DNA from: Candidatus Eiseniibacteriota bacterium
GTDB taxonomy: Bacteria; Eisenbacteria; RBG-16-71-46; JABDJR01; JAWXBZ01
Assembly (NCBI GenBank): GCA_034440375.1
Contig: JAWXBZ010000007.1
Coordinates: 1 to 22,560 of the forward strand
DNA length: 22,560 nt
Direction of reading: 5' to 3'
Shown here piece by piece: positions 1 to 8,101 of the stretch. The translations under genes and the position numbers were made by a program. A model generated the notes under the pieces. The model was not told the origin of the DNA. It made no database searches and worked only from the letters and a program-made list of their open reading frames with translations. How positions within the stretch are numbered: position 1 is the stretch's first letter; each line of letters starts with the position of its first letter.

Positions 1-97
1 CAAGAAGGTCAGCCGGATGATGTTCATCGAAGGCGAAGTCACCGCAGGTCCCAACGACGGTGGTCGGACCGACGATCGGCCGGAGGACGGACGCTGA
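1..97 (+). CDS. 3' end of an upstream gene (partial), product unknown
   Basis: Frame 2 is open from the window edge (KKVSRMMFIEGEVTAGPNDGGRTDDRPEDGR) to TGA at 95-97, with GC3-rich codons. Confidence 0.5.
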   Translation, partial: KKVSRMMFIEGEVTAGPNDGGRTDDRPEDGR

Positions 98-182
98 ACT
101 GTCAACGGGAGGAACGAGGATTCATCGCCCGGTGAGGGTGACCCGAAAGGGTCAGGAGAGGCCTTCGCCAAAGCGATGTCGA

Positions 183-218
183 GGCGGGGTGACCCCACAA
201 GGGTCACCCCGCCGTTTT
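183..218 (+). terminator. Intrinsic-terminator-like hairpin
   Basis: Perfect 13-bp stem GGCGGGGTGACCC (183-195) / GGGTCACCCCGCC (201-213), loop CACAA, followed by GTTTT. Confidence 0.6.
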
Positions 219-301
219 GCCTGGCCGGGACGGACCGGTAGACTGATGGCTGTCACCCAAAGAAGTACAACCGCAGTTGGCAGACGCTGAGGGGGCTGTA
301 G

Positions 302-1264
302 GTGGACGGACAACCGCTCGATCTGCTCGAACTTGCCGGCTCCCGGAAGTTGGATCTCTACCGGCAGCTCTACACGATTCGACGGGTCGAGGAGAGTCTG
401 CTGGCCCTGTTTTCCCAGGGCCTGTTGTCCGGCACGGTGCATACCTGCATCGGTCAGGAAGCCTGCGGCGTCGGGGTGGTCAACGCCCTTGATCGAACCC
501 GGGATGTCATCTGGTCCAATCACCGCAGTCACGGCCACTTCCTTGCCTACTCCGACGACATGGAAGGCTTGCTGGCCGAGATCCTGGGCAAGTCAACCGG
601 TGTCTGCGGGGGGATTGGCGGATCGCAGCATCTTCACACCGGCGCGTTCTACTCGAACGGCGTGCTGGGAGGAACGATTCCCTGCGCGGTCGGCTCGGCC
701 TGGGCGGAAAAATTGCGGGGTACGGGAGCCATCGGCTGCGTATTCCTCGGGGATGGCGCCATGGCGGAGGGAGCGGTCTACGAGGGACTGAACATGGCCT
801 CGCTCTGGAACGTCCCCTTGCTGTTCGTGCTGGAGCACAACGGTCAGGCCCAGAGCACCCCGACGCGATACGAACATGTGGGTTCCTTCGAGGACCGCGT
901 TCGGTCATTTGACATCGAGGTTGAGACCTTGAATGCCGACGAGGTGATGGTCGTTCTCGGGGCCGCCACCCGGGCCGTGAAGCAGGTACGACGCCGCAAT
1001 CGCCCTCTCTTCCTGATCCTCCATACCCACCGACTCTGCGCGCACAGCAAGGGCGACGATCATCGGCCGGAAGAGGAGCTTCAGGAAATCCGTCGACTCC
1101 ACGACCCCGTGGCCAACTTCCGCCAACAGTTGATGGCACTCGACCCGTCCGCGGTGACGGCCAGTGAGGCGGCCCTCGAAACGAGGCTCCAGCAGGCGAT
1201 TGTAGCGGCCCAGGCTGCCCATCCGCGTGACTCCAACGACTTTTTCGCTGGCGAGCCCCGGTGA
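302..1264 (+). CDS. TPP-dependent 2-oxoacid/acetoin dehydrogenase E1 alpha subunit family
   Basis: Motifs GTVHTCIGQEA, NHRSHGH, TPP-binding GDGAMAEG...EHN and HSKGDD. GTG start with GAGGGG upstream. Confidence 0.93.
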   Translation: MDGQPLDLLELAGSRKLDLYRQLYTIRRVEESLLALFSQGLLSGTVHTCIGQEACGVGVVNALDRTRDVIWSNHRSHGHFLAYSDDMEGLLAEILGKSTGVCGGIGGSQHLHTGAFYSNGVLGGTIPCAVGSAWAEKLRGTGAIGCVFLGDGAMAEGAVYEGLNMASLWNVPLLFVLEHNGQAQSTPTRYEHVGSFEDRVRSFDIEVETLNADEVMVVLGAATRAVKQVRRRNRPLFLILHTHRLCAHSKGDDHRPEEELQEIRRLHDPVANFRQQLMALDPSAVTASEAALETRLQQAIVAAQAAHPRDSNDFFAGEPR

Positions 1265-2259
1265 CTACCTACCTCGCGAGCCTGCAGCGGGGCATAAGGG
1301 AACTGCTCAAAGGGGATGACCGGGTGTACATCCTGGGAGAAGACCTCCTCGATCCATATGGCGGCGCCTTCAAGGTCACGCTGGGCGCACAGGCGGCCTG
1401 GCCGGATCGGGTCATCACCACACCGATCAGCGAAGGCGGCCTGGTTGGCGTGGGCGTCGGTATGGCGCTGCGCGGACTGCGCCCCATCGTGGAGATCATG
1501 TTCGGCGATTTCATGACGCTGGCCGCGGATTCAATCATCAACTACGGGGCCAAGTTGCCGGCCATGTTTGACTGGCGAGTCGATGTCCCGCTGGTCGTCC
1601 GAACCCCGGTGGGGGGACGTCGGGGCTACGGTCCGACCCACAGCCAGTGCCTGGAGAAGCTGTTCTTTGGGGTGCCGCACCTGGTCATCGTGTCCCCGTC
1701 GATCTACGACGACCCCGGTGATGCCTTGACCAGGGCGGTCACGAAGACGCGGGGCGTTGTCCTGTTCATCGAGCACAAGTCGCTCTACGAAGAGCCGCTC
1801 GTGAACGATGGTGCGGCAGGGCTCAGCATCGAGAAGCAAGGGCGATACCCGTATGCAACAGCCGTGGTGCGCAACTATGTCGGGGGTGCACCGGATGTCG
1901 CCGTCATTGCCTACGGCGGTACCAGCCTGATGGTGCACGCCCTGATGTCCCGGTTCGCCGACGACGAAATTCGCGTTGTCGCCTGCTTCCCGACACAGGT
2001 TCAGCCGCTGGCCATCGACGATATCCTGCCGGTGGCGGCCGAGGCCCGAAGGGTCGTGGTGGTCGAAGAAGGAACGAAGAGCTTTGGCTGGGGCGCCGAA
2101 GTGGCCGCCACGCTCCAGGACCGGCTCTGGGGGATTCTGGAAAGACCGGTGTGCCGGGTCGCCGCGCGCGATACGATCATACCGGCGGCACGAAGCCTTG
2201 AAGATTCCGTTCTGCCATCCCTCGACGACATTGAACGATCGGTACACGGGCTGCTATGA
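1261..2259 (+). CDS. TPP-dependent dehydrogenase E1 beta subunit family
   Basis: Motifs GEDL...GGAFKVT, TPISEGG, EIMFGDF, YGPTHSQ and VVVEE. GTGA overlap with the E1 alpha stop. Confidence 0.93.
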   Translation: MTTYLASLQRGIRELLKGDDRVYILGEDLLDPYGGAFKVTLGAQAAWPDRVITTPISEGGLVGVGVGMALRGLRPIVEIMFGDFMTLAADSIINYGAKLPAMFDWRVDVPLVVRTPVGGRRGYGPTHSQCLEKLFFGVPHLVIVSPSIYDDPGDALTRAVTKTRGVVLFIEHKSLYEEPLVNDGAAGLSIEKQGRYPYATAVVRNYVGGAPDVAVIAYGGTSLMVHALMSRFADDEIRVVACFPTQVQPLAIDDILPVAAEARRVVVVEEGTKSFGWGAEVAATLQDRLWGILERPVCRVAARDTIIPAARSLEDSVLPSLDDIERSVHGLL

Positions 2260-3386
2260 CGACGTTCATCCGGGCCCCGATGGTCAATCTCAACAGCGAG
2301 GTCATGCGACTTGTCGTCTGGACCAGGACGTCCGGCACGCGTGTCGGCAAGGGTGAGATCATCGGTCTCCTGGAGACATCCAAGTCGACATTCGACCTGC
2401 AGGTGGAGGATGAAGGGTTCCTGTATTTCCGGGTTGATGCGGGAGCCGAGATTCGGGTCGGTGAAACACTCGCGGCCCTGACCGAACGGGAGAATCAGCC
2501 AATCGACTGGCCGAAGACATCCCCCGACGATGACAGGATCGAGGCCGGAGATGGACAGCGACGCTGGACAAAGAAGGCCGAGCTCCTGGCGCTCCGCGGC
2601 AACATCGACATCGAGGCGGTCACGCGGGGTAAAGGCGATGGACCGGTCACCGAGAGCGAGATTCGGGCCCTGATGGACACCCGTGCCCGGTCAACCGCGG
2701 ATGCCCGGGATGTCGTGGACGACATCTACCCCACGGGTCGCCAGCAGCGGATCCTGGTGGCGGGCGCGGGCGACGGCGCCTCGCTGGTTCTCGACATCAT
2801 CGCGCGAACGCCACACCAGCGTGGCGTTGCCATGCTGGATGACGATCCCCGCTGGCACGGTCGCGCCCGGATGGGCGTTTCGGTCGTGGGACGCCTGGCC
2901 GATCTCGAGAGGCTCTGGAAGGACGGTTCCTTCGATGCGGTCGTCTGTTCCGTGAGTACCATCATCCCGTTTCGCGTCAAGGTGCGCGAGATGTGCGGGA
3001 CGCTGGGAATTCCGATGGCATCGGTCATTGATCCGACGGTGAGTGTCTGCACCAACGTCCAGATCGGCGCCGGCAACGTCATTCTCGGATTCGCGCGGCT
3101 GGGCCCCACCTCGGTCATCGGTCGGAATAACTTCATCGGCGCCTACACCAACATCGAGCACCACGCGATGGTCGGAGACGACAACACCTTCGGACCCGGC
3201 GTCATGCTCTCGGGTTTCGCCTCGATCGGCCATCGCATCCGGTTCGGAACGGGCATCTTCATCGAGCCAAAGGTGCAGATCGGCGACGACGCCATCGTGG
3301 CCTCTGGCGCCATCCTGACGATGAATGTGCCGCCGGGATCGCTGGTCCGGACTCGCTCAACCATTTCCATTCAGCCACGAAGCTGA
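2256..3386 (+). CDS. Fusion: lipoyl domain + E3/peripheral-subunit-binding-like domain + PglD/NeuD-family hexapeptide (left-handed beta-helix) acyltransferase
   Basis: Lipoyl motif VGKGEIIGLLETSKSTFDL (Lys43). PSBD-like TKKAELLALRGNIDIEAVTRGKGDGPVTESEI. PglD_N-like ILVAGAGDGA...LDDD. Hexapeptide repeats with NIEHH. ATGA overlap with E1 beta. Confidence 0.85.
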   Translation: MTTFIRAPMVNLNSEVMRLVVWTRTSGTRVGKGEIIGLLETSKSTFDLQVEDEGFLYFRVDAGAEIRVGETLAALTERENQPIDWPKTSPDDDRIEAGDGQRRWTKKAELLALRGNIDIEAVTRGKGDGPVTESEIRALMDTRARSTADARDVVDDIYPTGRQQRILVAGAGDGASLVLDIIARTPHQRGVAMLDDDPRWHGRARMGVSVVGRLADLERLWKDGSFDAVVCSVSTIIPFRVKVREMCGTLGIPMASVIDPTVSVCTNVQIGAGNVILGFARLGPTSVIGRNNFIGAYTNIEHHAMVGDDNTFGPGVMLSGFASIGHRIRFGTGIFIEPKVQIGDDAIVASGAILTMNVPPGSLVRTRSTISIQPRS

Positions 3387-3392
3387 AGACCC

Positions 3393-6188
3393 TCAAGGGC
3401 GATCGAGCGCCTCGAGAAGATTTCGTTCCACGACGGGAAGTTCGTGGATCGACTGCCAGGTGGCCATCTTAGGCCTGTAAAGGTAGGCCGGCGGCGCGTT
3501 CTCCCGGAGGCGGGCCTGTATCGGGGCGACGGCTCGTGTCGCGGCCGCCGCATCGCCGGTGGCCTTCAAGGCGTGGGCCTCGATAATCCAGGCCAGATCG
3601 CACCAGTCTCCCCAGGTGCGAGCCCGTTGAGCATGCTCCAGCGCTTCCCCGGGCCGTCCGGCAGCCAGGGCGGCCCAGCCACGCAACGCCTCGGCGATCG
3701 GGTTCTCGGCTTCCAGGAGCTGTGCTTCGTCGAGATGTGTCAGGGCGTGGTCGAGCCGGCCGGCGCGGATCAAGTCGCGCGCGACATCGCAACGGAGTGA
3801 CACGACGCCGGTGCGCAGCCGGACCGCCTGTTCATAGAGTGGAAAGGCCTGATCCCACCGTTCGGCCAGTGCCAGCGAGGCGGCCTTGCCCCATAACCCC
3901 TCCGGGCTGTCCGATTGATAGGTCAGCAGGGCGTCGTAGGCCGCCAGCGCGTCATCGACCTGACCCAGATTCCAGGAATAGCTGCCAATGGCCCCGTCGA
4001 CCAGATAGCGATCCTCCTCCTTGACGGCTGCCCGTGCTTCCTTCAACTCGTGGAGGACCTCCGTCAGCGGCCGGCCGGAGCGCCAGAAGGCATCCGCAGC
4101 CGTCGTGCGCACCGAGCCGCTGCCGGGATACATCTGAATGGCTCGTGTCGCCAGCTCGCCGGCCGTGACCCGATCGCCCTTCAGGGCTCGGGCCCCAACC
4201 AGGGCGGTCAACGCTGTCTCCTCGTTCGGGGAGCGATGCAGCGCCTTCTCGAAGAAGACGACGCCGGCATCGACATACCCTTTTCCAACCCGGTCCTGAC
4301 CCGCATTCACATAGGCGATGGGGTAGTTCGGTTCAACATCGGCCAGGGCCATGAAGTGCCGGACCCGGGCCATCAGGTCGGGATCCATTGTCTCGAGCCG
4401 CTCGTAGACTTCCTCGCGACTGTCGAAAACGTCACGTTTTTTCGACTGGAGCGCGTTGGCTCCTTCGGCGAAGTACTCATATACGGACCCGCCGGCGTAA
4501 CGGCTGAGAAAGCCGTTCTTCGTCAAGTCGTCGCGCTCCTTGGCCTGGCGATACAGCTCCTGTATCTCGCGACTCTGATCGGCTGTCATGACGCCGTGCA
4601 CCTGGTGCGTCAGTTCGTGGAGTACCGTGTTGTAGCGGTCGAAGATCGTCCGCTCGACGTCCTCGATGCCGGTTACCGTGTTGTAGCCGCCGGCACCCCG
4701 TACATCGTCCCAGAGGCGGCTGTCATAGCTGATCCGCTGGTCGCGCAGAGTTTCCAGGCCGGGCGTTTCGGATAGAAGCTGGTGGAGGGGCTTCACGTAG
4801 TGCGTGCAACCGCCATCGAGAAGTACCGGCAGAAAGTTCTTCCACGGTTCGACCGACAGCGCCACCCGCTTCTGGTGACGCGGCGACAGGCTCTTCCAGT
4901 TGGCCACGTAGCGCTCGATGCCGGGAAGGACCGGCATGGGCGACGCGTCGAAGCGTGCCTCGTAGTCCCTACGATGCACATCGATGTCGAACCGTTGGAA
5001 TTCGAGCGCCTTGGCCAGTGTGGCGTGGGCCCGGCCATATTCGGGGCAAAGGCGCAATGCCTCGAAACACGCGTCGCGTGCGGCGACGTATTGCCCTTCC
5101 TCGAACTCGTAACTGGCGATCCGGACCCGGATGTCTGCCCAGTCCGGGTGCGTTCGGAGAATTGATTCATATGCTGCGCGGGCTTCGCGGCGCTTGCCGT
5201 CTGCCAGCAGGCGGTCGGCATCGGCCATCAATTTCCGCCCGGACTCATCGGCGAACTTGCCCGGGAAGGCCACTGCCAGCTCGGTATAGTTTTTTCTGGC
5301 ATAACCGTTGCCAAGGTAGTAGTGGCTCGCGTCGTGGTAGCGGTTTAACTTGACCGCCCACTCGGCGGCGGTAATGGCTTCGTCGGTCCGTCCAAGCCGG
5401 ATGAGCGTTTCAGAAGAGGCCATCAGAACGTCCGGCGTGGCCATATCCGACATGGCTTTCTCGTGAAACGCGAGAGCGCCGTCAAAGTCACGTCGACGAA
5501 ACTGCACCTGACCCAACCCGCGCCGCGCGGCCGCACGAAAGACGACATTTTCATCCGACTGGCCGGCCCGATCGAGTGCCCGAACGTAGCAGGACTCGGC
5601 GCGGTCAAAGTTCAGCATCTGGTAGGACAGCCGGCCGGCGGCCAGAAGGTCGGGCATTCCGGCGTCGGTGTCCCGGGCCAGCGAGATGCCACGCGTGCGT
5701 TTTGCCACTTCGGGCGTGTTGTCGGCAGCGAAGAGCCAGGCGTAGACAAGATCCCGCTCGTCGTCGGACAGCATGCGGCGCTCATGCATCAGGGGTGTCG
5801 TGAGTCGCCCGGCGAGTTCGAAGTCCTGGCGAAGAATCGCCACGCGCGCGGCGAGGATCGTCCAATCGGGCGTGGAGTGCTCGATGCGGGCCAGTCGCTC
5901 GGACGCTTCGTCCAACCGCCCGGTGGCGATCATCGCCCGAACCGGGTCGAGGCTGGCCGTTTTGCTGTCCGACCCGTCAGACGATCGGGCGAGCCGTTCT
6001 TCGAACCGTGCCTGTTGAGCCTTGAGCGGCGCAAAATAATCGGGCGACGTGGAACCGGCCGGGTCAGCGGCAGAGGCGGCGGGAGTCATCGGCAGGAGTG
6101 TCATCATCACAAGCATCAAAGCGATCGGTGCCGCTCCCCGGGCGGCGACGGTGCGCGACGGAGCCGCTGGGGCGATGAATGTCATCAT
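3393..6188 (-). CDS. Exported TPR-repeat protein with a central HEXXH zinc-peptidase-like domain
   Basis: Signal-peptide-like N-terminus (ALMLVMMTLLPMTPAASAA), many TPR-like helices, and LHELTHQVH followed by YEYFAEG. Confidence 0.8.
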   Translation of the reverse strand: MMTFIAPAAPSRTVAARGAAPIALMLVMMTLLPMTPAASAADPAGSTSPDYFAPLKAQQARFEERLARSSDGSDSKTASLDPVRAMIATGRLDEASERLARIEHSTPDWTILAARVAILRQDFELAGRLTTPLMHERRMLSDDERDLVYAWLFAADNTPEVAKRTRGISLARDTDAGMPDLLAAGRLSYQMLNFDRAESCYVRALDRAGQSDENVVFRAAARRGLGQVQFRRRDFDGALAFHEKAMSDMATPDVLMASSETLIRLGRTDEAITAAEWAVKLNRYHDASHYYLGNGYARKNYTELAVAFPGKFADESGRKLMADADRLLADGKRREARAAYESILRTHPDWADIRVRIASYEFEEGQYVAARDACFEALRLCPEYGRAHATLAKALEFQRFDIDVHRRDYEARFDASPMPVLPGIERYVANWKSLSPRHQKRVALSVEPWKNFLPVLLDGGCTHYVKPLHQLLSETPGLETLRDQRISYDSRLWDDVRGAGGYNTVTGIEDVERTIFDRYNTVLHELTHQVHGVMTADQSREIQELYRQAKERDDLTKNGFLSRYAGGSVYEYFAEGANALQSKKRDVFDSREEVYERLETMDPDLMARVRHFMALADVEPNYPIAYVNAGQDRVGKGYVDAGVVFFEKALHRSPNEETALTALVGARALKGDRVTAGELATRAIQMYPGSGSVRTTAADAFWRSGRPLTEVLHELKEARAAVKEEDRYLVDGAIGSYSWNLGQVDDALAAYDALLTYQSDSPEGLWGKAASLALAERWDQAFPLYEQAVRLRTGVVSLRCDVARDLIRAGRLDHALTHLDEAQLLEAENPIAEALRGWAALAAGRPGEALEHAQRARTWGDWCDLAWIIEAHALKATGDAAAATRAVAPIQARLRENAPPAYLYRPKMATWQSIHELPVVERNLLEALDRP

Positions 6189-6194
6189 CGAGGC

Positions 6195-6204
6195 AGGTTA
6201 CCAT
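6195..6204. promoter_or_regulatory. Overlapping divergent -10-like hexamers (candidate leaderless promoters)
   Basis: TACCAT (+, 6199-6204) is 7 nt before ATG 6212. TAACCT (-, 6200-6195) is 6 nt before ATG 6188. No SD sequence is evident in the 23-nt gap. Confidence 0.45.
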
Positions 6205-6211
6205 AGCCCAC

Positions 6212-7033
6212 ATGGAGGACAGCTGCGCCCTGATCACCACTCACTATGCCGCCAGTGCGGAGGGATACCGCGACTGGTGGGCGCCGGTACTGGACCATCT
6301 GGCGGGACCGACACTGGACGCGCTGCCGATTCCACCGGGGGCGCCGCGGCTTCTTGACCTTGGCTGCGGCACCGGCCTCGCGAGTCGGCGGCTGGCTCCG
6401 CGACTTCCCGGGAATGCCCGCCTCGTGGCCGGTGACCTGGTTTTGGCCATGCTGGTTCAGGCGCGGCAACTGGCTCCGAGCATCCCCGTCGTGCGATTCG
6501 ATGCGGTGCGGCTTCCGTTTCCGGATTGCCGGTTTGATCTGGTCGTCTGCACGTTCGCCCTGCATCACATCCGCGAGCAACGCCGCACGCTGGGCGAGAT
6601 TTATCGAATCCTGAAACCGGGTGGACGGCTCCAGCTCGTCACCTGGGGCGCCGACGATCCCGGCTGCCCGGCCATGACGGCCTGGGACGACCTCCTGATG
6701 GAGATGGGCGGGCCGGCCGAGGATCCGAAGGCACCCACCGTCTGGCACGAGGAGATAGGCAGACCGGCGGCGCTGAAAGCCATGCTGACCACGCTCGGCT
6801 TCCGCTCCGTGTCGGTGACTCTGTCAGCCGGAGTCCACGACTTTACGCCGGAAACGCTGGCCGGGGTTCGACTCGGCGTAGGCGCGGGACGGCGTCGATT
6901 CCTGGCCCTCTCGTCATCCTCGCGCGAACGCTTCGAATCCAGGGCCCGCGAGCTGCTGGCCGGGCTCGCCGCCGCCGACTTTGTCTGGCGCCCGGACATC
7001 GTCACCGCCCAGGTCGTCAAACCGGCCAGGTGA
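6212..7033 (+). CDS. Class I SAM-dependent methyltransferase (UbiE-like)
   Basis: Motif I LLDLGCGTG, then DAVRLPFPDCRFDLVVC and EIYRILKPGG. Start moved to ATG 6212 to avoid overlap with the divergent gene. Confidence 0.88.
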   Translation: MEDSCALITTHYAASAEGYRDWWAPVLDHLAGPTLDALPIPPGAPRLLDLGCGTGLASRRLAPRLPGNARLVAGDLVLAMLVQARQLAPSIPVVRFDAVRLPFPDCRFDLVVCTFALHHIREQRRTLGEIYRILKPGGRLQLVTWGADDPGCPAMTAWDDLLMEMGGPAEDPKAPTVWHEEIGRPAALKAMLTTLGFRSVSVTLSAGVHDFTPETLAGVRLGVGAGRRRFLALSSSSRERFESRARELLAGLAAADFVWRPDIVTAQVVKPAR

Positions 7034-7175
7034 ACGGGGGTCGGGCCGGCCAGGTCGCCATCCGATGACCTCCGCACGACATGCCCGAATTGTGGCGCCG
7101 GGATGACGGACCGCGGTTGTAAAACCCGCTGCTCGCGGCGCCACTCTTCCACCGATTGCCCTGAATCCCTGGTAG
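7030..7175 (+). pseudogene. Probable decayed small CPxCG zinc-finger protein gene
   Basis: Reads TCPNCGAGMTDRGCKTRCSRRHSSTDCP with no in-frame start upstream of CPNCG. The GTG at 7030 is out of frame, and removing one A near 7164 restores a ...DCPDPW-stop ending. Confidence 0.5.
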
Positions 7176-7239
7176 CCGACGCGGCAGGTCGGGCGTAAGA
7201 TTTCGGCTCACACCCCTCAACATTGGAAAGGATGGGACC

Positions 7240-8028
7240 ATGGCAGAATGCAGCGAACACTCCCCCGGCACCTTTTGCTGGGTGGATCTGGCCACGACGG
7301 ATCGCGCGGCGGCCCGGAAGTTTTATGGCGAGCTCTTCGGCTGGACCTTCGAGGAGAATCCGGCCGGACCCGACATGACTTATACGATGGCGAAGCTCGG
7401 CAGCCATGACGTGGCCGGGCTGGCCGATCTTCAGGCGGAGCAGGCGTCTCAGGGGGTGCCACCTCATTGGATGTCGTACGTGGCAGTGGACGACGCGGCG
7501 GCCACCGCCGCGAAAGTGAAGTCGCTCGGCGGAATGGTTCTGATGGACGCATTCGATGTCATGGAGCATGGTCGAATGGCCGTCTTCATGGATCCCGATG
7601 GCGCCATGTTTTCCGTGTGGCAGCCGAAGAGCCACAAGGGGGCCGGCCGGCGTGACGAGCCCGGCACGCTGTGCTGGAACGAACTTGGCACGCGGAACAC
7701 CGACATCAACGGCGCCTTCTATACCAATTTGTTCGGTTGGGGTACCACGCCGATGACCGGTTCCGGCGACATGCCCTACACCATGTTCATGAAGGGCGAG
7801 ACGCCAATCGGCGGCATGTATGCCTTGACCGAAGCGATGAAGGATGTGCCGCCCCACTGGCTGCCTTACTTCGCCGTGGCCAGTGTCGACGACTCATTCG
7901 CGAAGGCGGGGAGACTGGGCGCCAAACCACTCATGCCGGGGACCGACATCCCGAACATGGGGCGCTTCGCCATTCTTCACGATCCGCAGGGCGCAGTCTT
8001 CGCGATTTTTCAGGGACTCAATCAGTAG
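7240..8028 (+). CDS. VOC/glyoxalase family protein with two domains (CFP32-like)
   Basis: Two repeats: PGTFCWVDL...FYGELFGW...PPHWMSY...GRMAVFMDPDGA and PGTLCWNEL...PPHWLPYF...GRFAILHDPQGA. Confidence 0.92.
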   Translation: MAECSEHSPGTFCWVDLATTDRAAARKFYGELFGWTFEENPAGPDMTYTMAKLGSHDVAGLADLQAEQASQGVPPHWMSYVAVDDAAATAAKVKSLGGMVLMDAFDVMEHGRMAVFMDPDGAMFSVWQPKSHKGAGRRDEPGTLCWNELGTRNTDINGAFYTNLFGWGTTPMTGSGDMPYTMFMKGETPIGGMYALTEAMKDVPPHWLPYFAVASVDDSFAKAGRLGAKPLMPGTDIPNMGRFAILHDPQGAVFAIFQGLNQ

Positions 8029-8035
8029 GCACGAC

Positions 8036-8070
8036 GCGGGCGGGCGGTTCCATCGGAGCCGGCCGCCCGC
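8036..8070. terminator. GC-rich hairpin between convergent genes
   Basis: GCGGGCGG...CCGCCCGC outer stem with inner CGGTTCC/GGAGCCG. It lies between the stops at 8028 and 8102 and has no clear U tract. Confidence 0.4.
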
Positions 8071-8101
8071 TGCAGTTCACTTTGTTGTCGCCACCGCACG
8101 T

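Noticed and set aside
100-290. RNase P RNA, SRP RNA, or SAM, glycine or c-di-GMP riboswitch
   Set aside because: The hallmark conserved sequences (e.g. GAGGAAAGUCC, CAGG...GGAA...AGCAG) are absent.
302-3386. Canonical pdhABC or acoABC housekeeping operon
   Set aside because: The third gene lacks the E2 catalytic domain and no E3 gene is present, so gene symbols were withheld.
7031-7033. Sec readthrough of the methyltransferase TGA into the Cys-rich segment
   Set aside because: The methyltransferase fold is already complete, there is no redox motif around the TGA, and no convincing SECIS follows. A decayed separate gene explains it better.
6601-7857. Long antisense ORFs (also 3915-4775, 8597-9484, 11669-12709, 21351-22445)
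   Set aside because: These are shadow ORFs opposite well-supported genes, expected in GC-rich DNA, and they carry no recognisable motifs.
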